Assembly (NCBI GenBank): GCA_002683135.1
Contig: NYSS01000182.1
Coordinates: 14,005-78,004, forward strand
DNA from: Planctomycetota bacterium
GTDB taxonomy: Bacteria; Planctomycetota; GCA-002687715
Direction of reading: 5' to 3'
DNA length: 64,000 bases
In this document: one piece after another, positions 1-8,201 of the stretch
How the letters are laid out: every line of letters begins with the position of its first letter
How positions within the stretch are numbered: the first letter of the stretch is position 1
The notes under the pieces: model-generated
Told to the model about the DNA's origin: nothing
Databases searched by the model: none
What the model saw: the letters and a program-made list of their open reading frames with translations, nothing else
Translations under genes and position numbers: made by a program

Positions 1-339
1 TTCATCGCAACGATGGAAGCGGAATCGACAGTGCGCTATGCAATGATTGATTCGAATATAACTGGCGAAGCCGTCGATTGGTCTGCTGATCCGGGTCGTC
101 CGCAGCAGCGTGAGCGAAATCGGGTGGAAGAAGGTGTAGCGCTTTACGAAGCTAAAGTAAATCGCAGCCCTACTGAAAGCCAATTACTGCCGCTTTTCAT
201 GGCTATTGGTATTTCGGAAAGTGGAATAGATTATGATGTAGCTGACTTTGATCAATTCCTAGAAAGCGAACGCCCTAGTAACAGTGCTTCTTGTGTTCTA
301 TTTATTATTTTAGAAAACCTCTCGACAAATATCTATTAG
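1..339 (+). CDS. hypothetical protein, 3' part (ORF open at window edge)
   Basis: Frame 1 is open from nt 1 to TAG 337-339. Confidence 0.4.
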   Translation, partial: FIATMEAESTVRYAMIDSNITGEAVDWSADPGRPQQRERNRVEEGVALYEAKVNRSPTESQLLPLFMAIGISESGIDYDVADFDQFLESERPSNSASCVLFIILENLSTNIY

Positions 340-431
340 GTATGTAGAATTAACTATGAATTGGGTGGTTTATGCCACCCGCCAGATGATAAAAGGCGCA
401 CCTCGGTCCAGTCAGGGGTAGGAAAACCACA
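322..431 (+). promoter_or_regulatory. class-B promoter + pseudoknot (PK) leader
   Basis: TCGACA 322-327, N17, TAGAAT 345-350, with dyad ATATCTATTAGGTAT in the spacer. PK S1 GGC 395-397/GTC 406-408; S2 ACCTC 400-404/GGGGT 415-419; then AGGA. 12 nt to ATG 432. Confidence 0.6.
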
Positions 432-767
432 ATGAAATTCAGACTTGTTCAACTAACTAATGAAATCGTCGTTGTTACAGAATGTGGCGGCGTAGCCACT
501 ATATCTCAACCAGAGCGCAGCAACGAAGATGACAATCGCACGGCTATCACCGATTACTTTTGTTTGCGTATTACCGATTTGAAAAACCCTACAAAAGATA
601 ACGTATGGGATTTACTTGCCGAAGGTAAAGCCCAATACAATGAGTGGACTCACCACAAGTTTAACGACATAGAACTTATCATTGATGCACTCAAGTGGCT
701 TTCCCCATGTGAAAAGCACTGGGAACTGGTAAGGGATTTGTTCACAGAAATTTTTCCTCAATCGTAA
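432..767 (+). CDS. hypothetical protein (111 aa)
   Basis: Track ORF; ATG lies 12 nt after the PK leader. Confidence 0.65.
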   Translation: MKFRLVQLTNEIVVVTECGGVATISQPERSNEDDNRTAITDYFCLRITDLKNPTKDNVWDLLAEGKAQYNEWTHHKFNDIELIIDALKWLSPCEKHWELVRDLFTEIFPQS

Positions 768-780
768 ACCATTTAATTTG

Positions 781-800
781 GAGAGGGATACACCCCTCTC
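781..800 (+). terminator. hairpin GAGAGGG-atacac-CCCTCTC (weak terminator or attenuator)
   Basis: 7-bp stem 14 nt after the stop of 432..767, with a poor T-run. The same GGGATACACCC core recurs at 60301-60315. Confidence 0.3.
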
Positions 801-815
801 TTATGGAAAGATAAA

Positions 816-1316
816 ATGTGCTCACTTCTTATTGATAACGCTTTTAGTACTAGCATGATGCGAAAAGGTGTTACGTTCTCAAGAACTACTTCTCGTAATG
901 ATGTGGTTGATTGCTATCGAAATCTTAATAGAACTGATTTATTTAGCATCAAGCAGAGAAAAGGTGAATTCAAAGGCCTGGTAACAGGGTACGCCAGAGC
1001 TATTCTGATTGCTGAACCATCGTTTCATGTAGGTAAGTCTGCAAATGCGCGTATTAAACAAACGCAATCTAAAGAAGTGCACGCCTATGTACGCGGAAGC
1101 TTTTTTGATGCATTCACAAAAGAGTTAGATACCACGACATTAAACCAACCTCTACTTGTCTCCTACAATCCTTATTTATGCGATAGCTTCTTTACACTTG
1201 AGAGAGATAAGTTTGGTAAGGTTATCAAAGAATCAATAGCGCCGATTGGAAACAGATCGCCCTATAATTACGCGTTAATACAAGGAAAAGACGTTCACCT
1301 TTTCAATAGCCTATAA
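816..1316 (+). CDS. hypothetical protein (166 aa)
   Basis: Track ORF with GGAAAG upstream of the ATG; no family recognised. Confidence 0.5.
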   Translation: MCSLLIDNAFSTSMMRKGVTFSRTTSRNDVVDCYRNLNRTDLFSIKQRKGEFKGLVTGYARAILIAEPSFHVGKSANARIKQTQSKEVHAYVRGSFFDAFTKELDTTTLNQPLLVSYNPYLCDSFFTLERDKFGKVIKESIAPIGNRSPYNYALIQGKDVHLFNSL

Positions 1317-1318
1317 CG

Positions 1319-1663
1319 TCAAAAGCTTAATACCCACTGTGGAGTACAGCCAGCCTCATAGATAGCTGAAAATTTGGTATCAATAAGGTATTGATCAGGC
1401 CTCAAGCTAAGTTTCCCAGACATAGAACAATTAACTTCTATTATCCTTACTTTGGGCTCATAGTCAGATTCATTACCCACAAGTGAAAGTACATTAGGCA
1501 ATTCATATTCACTTGGCCAAAATAATTCTTTTGGCATAAAGCCTTCAAAAAAATGGGCAATATTCTCTTTGGATTCTGATTGATCATTCTCAACGACCAT
1601 CGAGATCGTTTTTTCATTATTGTCTATATAAGTTAATACAATTTCAATGAATTTAGGCGTCAT
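1319..1663 (-). CDS. hypothetical protein (114 aa)
   Basis: Track ORF, convergent with 816..1316. Confidence 0.5.
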   Translation of the reverse strand: MTPKFIEIVLTYIDNNEKTISMVVENDQSESKENIAHFFEGFMPKELFWPSEYELPNVLSLVGNESDYEPKVRIIEVNCSMSGKLSLRPDQYLIDTKFSAIYEAGCTPQWVLSF

Positions 1664-1775
1664 GATTTAGGTCTTGGGTTAGCATTAATGCACAAAGATG
1701 AATTCATATGCAAAATATAGCTTCTACTTTTTCAATTTTCTAGAAAGAATAATTATTAGGACTGGATAAAATCAC

Positions 1776-1945
1776 TTGACTATACCTATTGGGTATGTAT
1801 GATAAATGTAAATCGGGTAACTCCAAGTACCCTTTAATGATTATGGCGTGCAGGGCATCATACCACCAGCACAGTGTTTTTTGATTAATCATTTAGCGAT
1901 TATTAGATAACGATGCGCCTCGGTCTATCAGGGGCAGGAAAGACC
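1776..1945 (+). promoter_or_regulatory. class-B promoter + long leader ending in PK
   Basis: TTGACT 1776-1781, N16 (ATACCTATTGGGTATG), TATGAT 1798-1803. PK S2 GCCTC 1917-1921/GGGGC 1931-1935. 10 nt to ATG 1946. Confidence 0.55.
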
Positions 1946-2212
1946 ATGACAAATTTAATAATGATTAAATCACTTTTTAAAAAAGCGGATGCAATCTCAA
2001 TCGACGATGCTTTTATCTCTTACCTGGATGCTAGAGATACAGAGGCTGGTGGGATTGAAATCATCCATGAAGATGATCGCTTTGAATTTACTAAATCCCA
2101 TTTAGATGGTGCCATCCATGATAAAGATTTTAATGTTTGGACATTATTCGATTCTAACGAAAGCAAATATATAAGGGTGTCATTTTTTCTAGTAACACCG
2201 CTAAAAATATAA
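1946..2212 (+). CDS. hypothetical protein (88 aa)
   Basis: Start moved from track 1913 (which lies inside the leader) to ATG 1946, 10 nt after the PK. Confidence 0.6.
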   Translation: MTNLIMIKSLFKKADAISIDDAFISYLDARDTEAGGIEIIHEDDRFEFTKSHLDGAIHDKDFNVWTLFDSNESKYIRVSFFLVTPLKI

Positions 2213-2219
2213 AAACTTA

Positions 2220-2297
2220 TTGACATTCGTGCGCACAAATATTAATATTGATAACAGTTACAGCGCACCTCGGCTTAGTCAGGGGTAGGAAAAGACC
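2220..2297 (+). promoter_or_regulatory. class-A promoter/operator + PK leader
   Basis: TTGACA 2220-2225, GTGCGCAC 2229-2236, TAATAT 2243-2248. PK S1 AGC 2262-2264/GCT 2273-2275; S2 ACCTC 2267-2271/GGGGT 2282-2286. 11 nt to ATG. Confidence 0.8.
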
Positions 2298-2840
2298 ATG
2301 GATTTTGAAACACTCACAAAGCTACTTGAAACCGGCAAAGAAACAGTTGCAGTTCGTCTTATCAATGATTTTAGTGTGCACAACGAATTTGCGCATATTA
2401 CTCTGCAGGTGGTTCATGTTGCTAAAACCGGCAATTACGATACTTTTGGTTTCTACGATAACTATTACGGCCAAAAGCACCAATATCGCGGCCTGAAATT
2501 GACCTGCCAAATGGATTGGCGTCAAAATAAAACCTATGGCTTTCATATTGGAATATCACCAAAGACTGACCTTATTTCATTAGAAGAAGCTGAAACATCT
2601 CTCAAAGTCCTTCGAACCATTAATCGTAAAATGTTAAAGATGATTCATAACGAAGGCCATACTGATGATTTCAGTGAGTATGCCATGCGTTTTTGTCGTG
2701 CAATTAATGCAAAAGCGTTTTATCACAACATTGATGGTAATAGAGCCCAATCTATAAACCACAATATCGGTTTACTACGTTCTGAGCTTGATATCGCAAT
2801 TAAAACCAACTTGGCAACCTGGGCCTCAAGAGCGGCTTAG
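2298..2840 (+). CDS. hypothetical protein (180 aa)
   Basis: Track ORF directly after an A-module. Confidence 0.7.
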   Translation: MDFETLTKLLETGKETVAVRLINDFSVHNEFAHITLQVVHVAKTGNYDTFGFYDNYYGQKHQYRGLKLTCQMDWRQNKTYGFHIGISPKTDLISLEEAETSLKVLRTINRKMLKMIHNEGHTDDFSEYAMRFCRAINAKAFYHNIDGNRAQSINHNIGLLRSELDIAIKTNLATWASRAA

Positions 2841-2863
2841 CCGATTACGGTAGAATTATGAGA

Positions 2864-2890
2864 AGCCTTGCACTAAGCAAGGCTTTTTTT
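2864..2890 (+). terminator. rho-independent terminator
   Basis: AGCCTTGC-actaa-GCAAGGCT followed by T7. Confidence 0.7.
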
Positions 2891-2975
2891 GATTCATAAA
2901 AAAATATAAACCTATTAAAACTAATGTTTTATGTCTAATTAAGGCATTTAACATTATTTTAATGCTCAATAAGTA

Positions 2976-3090
2976 TTGCTTGATGATGAATAAAATATAT
3001 ACTATGTGCATAGCTAAGGCGGTCTCTCGTTAAAACTATGTGTGTTGTGTTTTCCTTGACTTTAATCCGGCTTCACGCCGGATTTTTTTT
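2976..3090 (+). ncRNA. candidate small RNA / decayed leader module
   Basis: TTGCTT 2976-2981, N16, TATACT 2998-3003, then about 80 nt with no credible ORF, ending in terminator ATCCGGC-ttcac-GCCGGAT+T8 (3065-3090). The 5' part CATAGCTAAGGCGGTCTCTCG resembles the leader with S2a deleted. Confidence 0.25.
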
Positions 3091-3104
3091 AACTAAATTT
3101 CGCC

Positions 3105-3182
3105 TTGACATTCGTGCGCACAGATATTAATATGACTATTAATTAAGGCGCACCTCGGTCCATTCAGGGGTAGGAAATACAA
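3105..3182 (+). promoter_or_regulatory. class-A promoter/operator + PK leader
   Basis: TTGACA 3105-3110, GTGCGCAC 3114-3121, TAATAT 3128-3133. S2 ACCTC 3152-3156/GGGGT 3167-3171. Confidence 0.8.
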
Positions 3183-3722
3183 ATGCAAAACATACATTCT
3201 ACAGCTTTACAAACAGCCATCATGCCAATCCTATCGAGTTCGCGTGCTTTGAATAATTTAAAAGTACTGATGTCTTCTTTGAATATTGAATCAGCCGTCA
3301 TAGAAAAAGGTGACTTTGGCGCTAAAATCACAAATCTTAAGGTTAAAGATGACTTTGACGTTACGTGTAAAGCAAATGTGCTAGCATTCGTGAGTATTGC
3401 TAATCAATATCTCGCGCACTACATGCCTAGCCCATTGTGGGCCTCGAAAGTAAAAGCATCGGGTGGTAAAAAGAAGCAGAATATCTCCGACTTTTTAAAT
3501 GATATCAAAGCGTGTGAAGATTTCATGAGTGCACTTAATCGCTATATAGACGCAGATCTCCTCATGATTTATTTTGAATATACAGGCCTAGATAACTCCC
3601 TACCGCTACCAGGTATTGTCGAGACATGTTTTATTAATATACCGATTAGTGCTTTATGGGATGCCTGCAATGATATTAAGACCAACATCATTCCAAAAGC
3701 GAGACACCTGGCCGCGCAGTAA
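3183..3722 (+). CDS. hypothetical protein (179 aa)
   Basis: Track ORF; ATG lies 11 nt after the PK. Confidence 0.7.
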   Translation: MQNIHSTALQTAIMPILSSSRALNNLKVLMSSLNIESAVIEKGDFGAKITNLKVKDDFDVTCKANVLAFVSIANQYLAHYMPSPLWASKVKASGGKKKQNISDFLNDIKACEDFMSALNRYIDADLLMIYFEYTGLDNSLPLPGIVETCFINIPISALWDACNDIKTNIIPKARHLAAQ

Positions 3723-3817
3723 ATTCTTTAGGTTATACGCATGCTTGTTCGATTATCATCAGCAGGCCACCTAATTTTGTAAAGGCTCAAATTTAGGTCG
3801 TTTGCACATCGATAAAA

Positions 3818-3841
3818 TGCATATATGATATTATGTATGCA
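3818..3841. promoter_or_regulatory. inverted repeat TGCATA-N12-TATGCA in promoter region of 3861 gene
   Basis: Dyad 20 nt upstream of the ATG. Similar TGCATAA/TTATGCA dyads occur at 9867-9890 and 27416-27439. Confidence 0.3.
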
Positions 3842-3860
3842 GCATTAATGAGGCCGATTT

Positions 3861-4964
3861 ATGACCTACCAGAACCCACAATTTGAACGATATGACATTA
3901 ATCGTTTACCAGATAACGAGAAACTCAATCACATCGTCTATCTGTTAAGTCAAAAAAACCTTCAAGACGCAAAGGATACGACGGAATACTTATCTGGCCA
4001 ACGTCATAAACTCCATGACTCTTTCGAACAAATGTGTGAAACATTCACTGCGGCCTTATCTGTAAATGAGGTTGAACAAAAAAAAGCTGAAATCAGAAGT
4101 GCGCTTCCTTTCAACGAATTAGATCAAAAGATGAAAGACGCAATCTTTAAAGAAAAAGTGAATGAGCGGATCTTAAAGATAGCAAAAGATAAAATGCCTG
4201 ATGGGATTTCGACTAAAACAATGTCATGCGATTTTTCCATGAATGAATCCATGACAGGGTGGGGTAGTTCTCAGAAATTTTTCGATATAATAAATAAATT
4301 CATTGAACCACTTACGGATAAGTATGGGCGGGAAAAAGTAACAACCTATTACTTCAATCATAGCCAAACACAACAGCCCACGCTTAAAATTCACTTTGAT
4401 AGTGCAATTCAAAATGACGTCGAAGAAGCACTACTGAGGGCTGGCAGTGAGACTATAAGCTCATTTCGTGAATACATCAAAGAGAATTCAAGTACAATTC
4501 CTGAATCACGACAGGCTTGGCGTGAAGACGGTAACATATTTCAGCTGCAGTGTAAGGATGATACAAACTTTTTCCATCGTATTAGTAATATTGACGCCGG
4601 GACCAATGCTGATTCTGTGAAGATGCATTATTTCAACGATGAGCTTGATCCATCGAGAAAAAGCATTGTGCCATTCCATGAATTAAATCCTCACTATGTA
4701 TTGTCCAGTAACCATCCGAATAAAAAAGAAGTCGATAGTTTCTATATGCACGGAATGCAGGGGCAAATGTTTGATTTAGACTATAAATGCGAGAGTGCAG
4801 CTTTCTTTATGTTAGAGTCGGTGACCCAAAGCGATATGCTGAGCACCTACAGTGAAATAGCAAAGCGAGCTTCAAGCTTAATTACTCGATTAGATAAGAA
4901 GTTCACTAAACAGTTGGCAACAGAAGCTTCGTTAGAGCATCAATTTAGTTTTGCCCCGCGCTAG
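3861..4964 (+). CDS. hypothetical protein (367 aa)
   Basis: Long track ORF; no family recognised. Confidence 0.6.
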   Translation: MTYQNPQFERYDINRLPDNEKLNHIVYLLSQKNLQDAKDTTEYLSGQRHKLHDSFEQMCETFTAALSVNEVEQKKAEIRSALPFNELDQKMKDAIFKEKVNERILKIAKDKMPDGISTKTMSCDFSMNESMTGWGSSQKFFDIINKFIEPLTDKYGREKVTTYYFNHSQTQQPTLKIHFDSAIQNDVEEALLRAGSETISSFREYIKENSSTIPESRQAWREDGNIFQLQCKDDTNFFHRISNIDAGTNADSVKMHYFNDELDPSRKSIVPFHELNPHYVLSSNHPNKKEVDSFYMHGMQGQMFDLDYKCESAAFFMLESVTQSDMLSTYSEIAKRASSLITRLDKKFTKQLATEASLEHQFSFAPR

Positions 4965-4987
4965 CTCATTGTCATTAAGGTGAGACT

Positions 4988-5194
4988 TTGAAGAAATTAA
5001 AAAGCAACCAAATAGGCCCGTGGTGCTCATTTTGCTCACCAAAAACTTCAAGAGCTGTCTATCGTGAAGATAGATTTGCCAGAACGTTTTGCTGTGAAAT
5101 CCATAAAGACACTTTACTGATGCATGAGAGAGAGACAATTGACCGGGAGCGACGTGTCACCGAGGCTGATAGGCAAACTTGGGAAGCGCTTTGA
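4988..5194 (+). CDS. small Cys-rich hypothetical protein (TTG start)
   Basis: Track ORF with CSFC...CCEIH, possibly zinc-binding; start uncertain. Confidence 0.3.
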   Translation: MKKLKSNQIGPWCSFCSPKTSRAVYREDRFARTFCCEIHKDTLLMHERETIDRERRVTEADRQTWEAL

Positions 5195-5201
5195 GTTGCG
5201 G

Positions 5202-5231
5202 AAAAAGGGCATTAAAACAACAACCCTTTTT
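5202..5231. terminator. bidirectional rho-independent terminator
   Basis: AAAAAGGG-loop-CCCTTTTT between convergent genes. Confidence 0.55.
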
Positions 5232-5260
5232 ACTATTGCTGAAAATCTATACTATTCCCA

Positions 5261-6082
5261 CTAAGCAGCGAGTTCGTCAAACGTCTCAAAGAACTTACTT
5301 TCCAGTTCACTAAACTCGATCACCTGGTAGTCATCTGTATAGCGTTCTACATTATCGTGAAGATAAGTACTAATGAAATCAGAAAACCCATTGTCTAAAC
5401 CAAATTTGAATTGGTCCGTTCTCCATTTATTACCATTGGTATCAACAATACGTTGTCCATTTCCATCACTAATAAATTTTTCAGCTGTCACGACATCTCC
5501 GTAAACAGGGGAGTATGCATTTTCAACATCATTTCTTAACCACGGACGAAACTTTGTACCCGGTCTAATACGAACAAATACTGAATTTTCCAGCCTGCCT
5601 GAAGGTGTTTTTCCGAAGAAAAAGATATCTAAATAGTTCGGTTCAAGTGCCTTTAAAGCGCTCGCTAAGAAGCCACGTTGGGAGCCAATACCGGCGCCTG
5701 CTGGTGGAACTGTTAATTCAATCAAAGCATTGTCTTCATTAATCATTGACGTCAATGCGTTTAAATACAATTTCGGCAAACATGTAATTATTCTTGTAGG
5801 GTTAAGTTTTCTAATTAATGCGTTTGCCTTACGCGCATTGCTCTTGATAAAACCTTCCATTGCATCCTTTTCTAACTTCTGTTCATAGGGCTCAATCATT
5901 TCATTAGCGTGAATTAATCCGTACTTAGCAGATAGGATCGCCAAATCATAATCAATACCAACGGATGCCGTAGATTTTGACAATAAAGGAAGGTATCCCT
6001 TTCCTTGATAGAGATTAATCGCTCTGGCAGGAACAGAAAGTTTTTCTTGGGAACAAGGCAATATGATAAGTGGTTTTTGCAT
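5261..6082 (-). CDS. hypothetical protein (273 aa)
   Basis: Track ORF; ATG lies 11 nt after a minus-strand PK leader. N-terminal ILPCSQEK motif; family not confidently recognised. Confidence 0.7.
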   Translation of the reverse strand: MQKPLIILPCSQEKLSVPARAINLYQGKGYLPLLSKSTASVGIDYDLAILSAKYGLIHANEMIEPYEQKLEKDAMEGFIKSNARKANALIRKLNPTRIITCLPKLYLNALTSMINEDNALIELTVPPAGAGIGSQRGFLASALKALEPNYLDIFFFGKTPSGRLENSVFVRIRPGTKFRPWLRNDVENAYSPVYGDVVTAEKFISDGNGQRIVDTNGNKWRTDQFKFGLDNGFSDFISTYLHDNVERYTDDYQVIEFSELESKFFETFDELAA

Positions 6083-6157
6083 TTGTATTTCCTACCCCTG
6101 AAATGCCGAGGTGCACAATAATGATAACAATATTATTTATGTGCGCACGAATGTCAA
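6083..6157 (-). promoter_or_regulatory. class-A promoter/operator + PK leader (minus strand)
   Basis: Plus-strand coordinates: TGTCAA 6152-6157 (= -35 TTGACA), GTGCGCAC 6141-6148. PK S1 6115-6117/6104-6106 (UGU:GCA); S2 GAGGT 6108-6112/ACCCC 6094-6098. Confidence 0.8.
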
Positions 6158-6200
6158 GTCTTTATATTTTAAAAAGTACTTAAAAATAATCATTTTTCCT

Positions 6201-6277
6201 TTACTTCTGTGCGCACATATATTAGTATTAATAAAAGTTAAGACGCGCCTCGGTCAGTCAGGGGTAGGAAAGAAACC
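6201..6277 (+). promoter_or_regulatory. class-A promoter/operator + PK leader (divergent partner of 6083-6157)
   Basis: TTACTT 6201-6206, GTGCGCAC 6209-6216, TAGTAT 6223-6228. S2 GCCTC 6247-6251/GGGGT 6261-6265 (G.U closing pair). Confidence 0.8.
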
Positions 6278-6877
6278 ATGCCACACGCTATCATCGCAAA
6301 TGAAAATTACGCAGTCATCGACGTTAAACTCGCTATCGCTGAAACCAACGGTGACAATATCGCAGACGGCTTAAATGAACTATTTCGCGAGCATTTAGAC
6401 AAAGACTTCATCGTCGATTACATGTTCAGTAATACCGACGAACCTTGCATAAAAACATCATCAAGAGAGCCATCTGAAGGCGAACTCTTTGAAGAAATTC
6501 GATTTGGTTGCCGAGAGTTAAAAACACTAAGCGCGGCTGTGCACTTCTTTCATTCAGAACTTGCTTGTCATGACTTCGAGGACCTTCCAATCGGCATGAT
6601 TGTAGATACCGCTTCATTAACAATCATGACCAACAAATTTTGGAATCTAGGTAGGGCGCTACATGACATTAGCCGGTTTGCAGATCAATCTGATGCACAA
6701 ACAACACCGTCTCTTTCGCAGGAAGAAAAAACAACGATGAAATACACAATCAATCATTTCATAAATTCAATTGATTCTGAAAGCAAGACGACACTGACGG
6801 ATGGCGATAACGATGTGATCCTCAATAAAGCTGCTCTAGAACAACTGAAGGCCAAACTTCAAATATTGTGTAACTAA
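6278..6877 (+). CDS. acidic hypothetical protein (199 aa)
   Basis: Track ORF; ATG lies 12 nt after the PK. Confidence 0.7.
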   Translation: MPHAIIANENYAVIDVKLAIAETNGDNIADGLNELFREHLDKDFIVDYMFSNTDEPCIKTSSREPSEGELFEEIRFGCRELKTLSAAVHFFHSELACHDFEDLPIGMIVDTASLTIMTNKFWNLGRALHDISRFADQSDAQTTPSLSQEEKTTMKYTINHFINSIDSESKTTLTDGDNDVILNKAALEQLKAKLQILCN

Positions 6878-6886
6878 TAAGTATAT

Positions 6887-6920
6887 GACGCGCCTCGGTC
6901 ATCAGGGGCAGGTTTTTATC
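6887..6920 (+). promoter_or_regulatory. PK leader only (intercistronic)
   Basis: GAC 6887-6889; S2 GCCTC 6892-6896/GGGGC 6905-6909. No promoter hexamers. 11 nt to ATG 6921. Confidence 0.7.
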
Positions 6921-7397
6921 ATGCAATCTAGTGCAATCATAATAAAGCCAATGACGGAAACAGAGAACCTGTTAGCCAACCTTTCGTTAGTAATAGAGCT
7001 CAACCAAAAAGTGAGCATGAGTGATTTAAACTTCACTGCTGTTTTCATTAAAAATGGTGATAGATTTTATCCGTTGGCAATAGACCCTAATACGTTGTCA
7101 TCAAGAAAAATAAAAGGAGGCCGTTATCAATTCCTCTGCAAGTTTTCTTACCAAATGGATGAAGTAAGAAGCTTCTTTCAAATCTTCTTTAGTGGGAATT
7201 TCCACTTTGTTCTAGATTCATCAATCTTAAACAGTATTGATTCAACAGCCTACATCAACATTGTTGGTTATGAACATAACACCAAAGTAGATGAGGCTTT
7301 AGGTGATATATACCTTACACTGGACGATACTAGCGAATACATGTCTCTAAATTCACTTGAACATCACGTAAACGTGGTGAACGACAAAACCCTTTAA
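6921..7397 (+). CDS. hypothetical protein (158 aa)
   Basis: Start moved from track 6885 (inside the leader) to ATG 6921. Confidence 0.65.
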   Translation: MQSSAIIIKPMTETENLLANLSLVIELNQKVSMSDLNFTAVFIKNGDRFYPLAIDPNTLSSRKIKGGRYQFLCKFSYQMDEVRSFFQIFFSGNFHFVLDSSILNSIDSTAYINIVGYEHNTKVDEALGDIYLTLDDTSEYMSLNSLEHHVNVVNDKTL

Positions 7398-7414
7398 TAT
7401 CGGAGAACGACATT

Positions 7415-8170
7415 GTGAAGTTTATTACAGTCTTATTTACTCTGCTGGTGGCATCAAACACCACGCTTGCTCAAGATACTTGGCGTGGATTGATTATTGC
7501 TCCTGAAAATCGCTGTTCGCCTTATGATAAAAAATCTCAATACCCTTACCCACAGTCAGTAGAGGATATTGTTGTTGCCAATATGGGTGGAATTGTATAT
7601 GGTCCATACACTGGAAGAATATTCGAAAATGACAGAAAAACCGATATAGAACATATACTTAGTACAAGTGAAGGGCACGATAGCGGCTTGTGTGCAGCAT
7701 CACCTGAAGTAAGAAAACAGTTCGCTATCGATCCGCTTAATCTTACATTGGCGGCACCCGAAGTTAACCGTTGCAATCCTGGCGGCAAATGCGGGTTTGA
7801 TGCCGCAGAATGGATGCCTGAGAAAAACCAGTGCTGGTTCTCTAACCGTATTGTTGAAATTCGACAAAAATACAAATTAACAATTGATATTAATGAAGCT
7901 CGGACGCTGGAAAATACTTTAAGAAATTGCGAGAGCTTTGAAATGATAATGTTTGAAGGCAGACCAGTTCAGGGTGATTTAAATGCGATATCAAACGTGC
8001 AGGTGCCAAATATTTCGCTAAAAAGTGCATTAACGCTTTATGATGATAATGGAAATGGAAAGATCACTTGTAAAGAAGCACGAGCCCACGGCATCGCGCC
8101 GGTCACCCAAGACCACCCTGCCTATCAGTATATGTACGATCCAGATAAAGACGGCGTTGTCTGCGAATAG
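7415..8170 (+). CDS. secreted DUF1524/His-Me-finger-type nuclease with C-terminal Excalibur Ca-binding domain
   Basis: N-terminal signal peptide MKFITVLFTLLVASNTTLAQ; TDIEHILS...DPLNLTLAAPEVN...WMP motifs; C-terminal DDNGNGKITCKE...DPDKDGVVCE. GTG start. Confidence 0.6.
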   Translation: MKFITVLFTLLVASNTTLAQDTWRGLIIAPENRCSPYDKKSQYPYPQSVEDIVVANMGGIVYGPYTGRIFENDRKTDIEHILSTSEGHDSGLCAASPEVRKQFAIDPLNLTLAAPEVNRCNPGGKCGFDAAEWMPEKNQCWFSNRIVEIRQKYKLTIDINEARTLENTLRNCESFEMIMFEGRPVQGDLNAISNVQVPNISLKSALTLYDDNGNGKITCKEARAHGIAPVTQDHPAYQYMYDPDKDGVVCE

Positions 8171-8201
8171 AAATTATTGATAAATTATCGCTGGCACTAG
8201 G

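Noticed and set aside
6111-6374. Track ORFs spanning promoter regions (6111..6374, 25794..25997, 48704..48889, 56253..56471) and 5' extensions of 25412..25930, 56407.. and 57208...
   Set aside because: They read through the class-A promoters and operators (the VRT/CAH peptides come from GTGCGCAC) and through the RNA leader. The real starts are set by the leader spacing.
7546-7875. Antisense or overlapping track ORFs: 2020..2238, 2248..2496, 2322..2546, 4224..4412, 4932..5138, 6426..6623, 7546..7875, 9536..9724, 10057..10248, 11920..12121, 12155..12412, 15054..15236, 15394..15600, 17298..17540, 19663..19920, 20375..20647, 21013..21459, 22158..22355, 22643..22828, 24036..24245, 27240..27440, 27845..28051, 28536..28721, 29405..29596, 33086..33286, 36964..37266, 38754..39219, 41204..41395, 42077..42475, 44655..44852, 45754..45948, 46536..46727, 49890..50123, 50604..50846, 53538..53741, 56699..56893, 57895..58095, 58265..58453, 59101..59286 and 63033..63224.
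   Set aside because: Each lies within, and opposite to or out of frame with, a longer ORF that has motif, RBS or leader support. None has its own translation signals.
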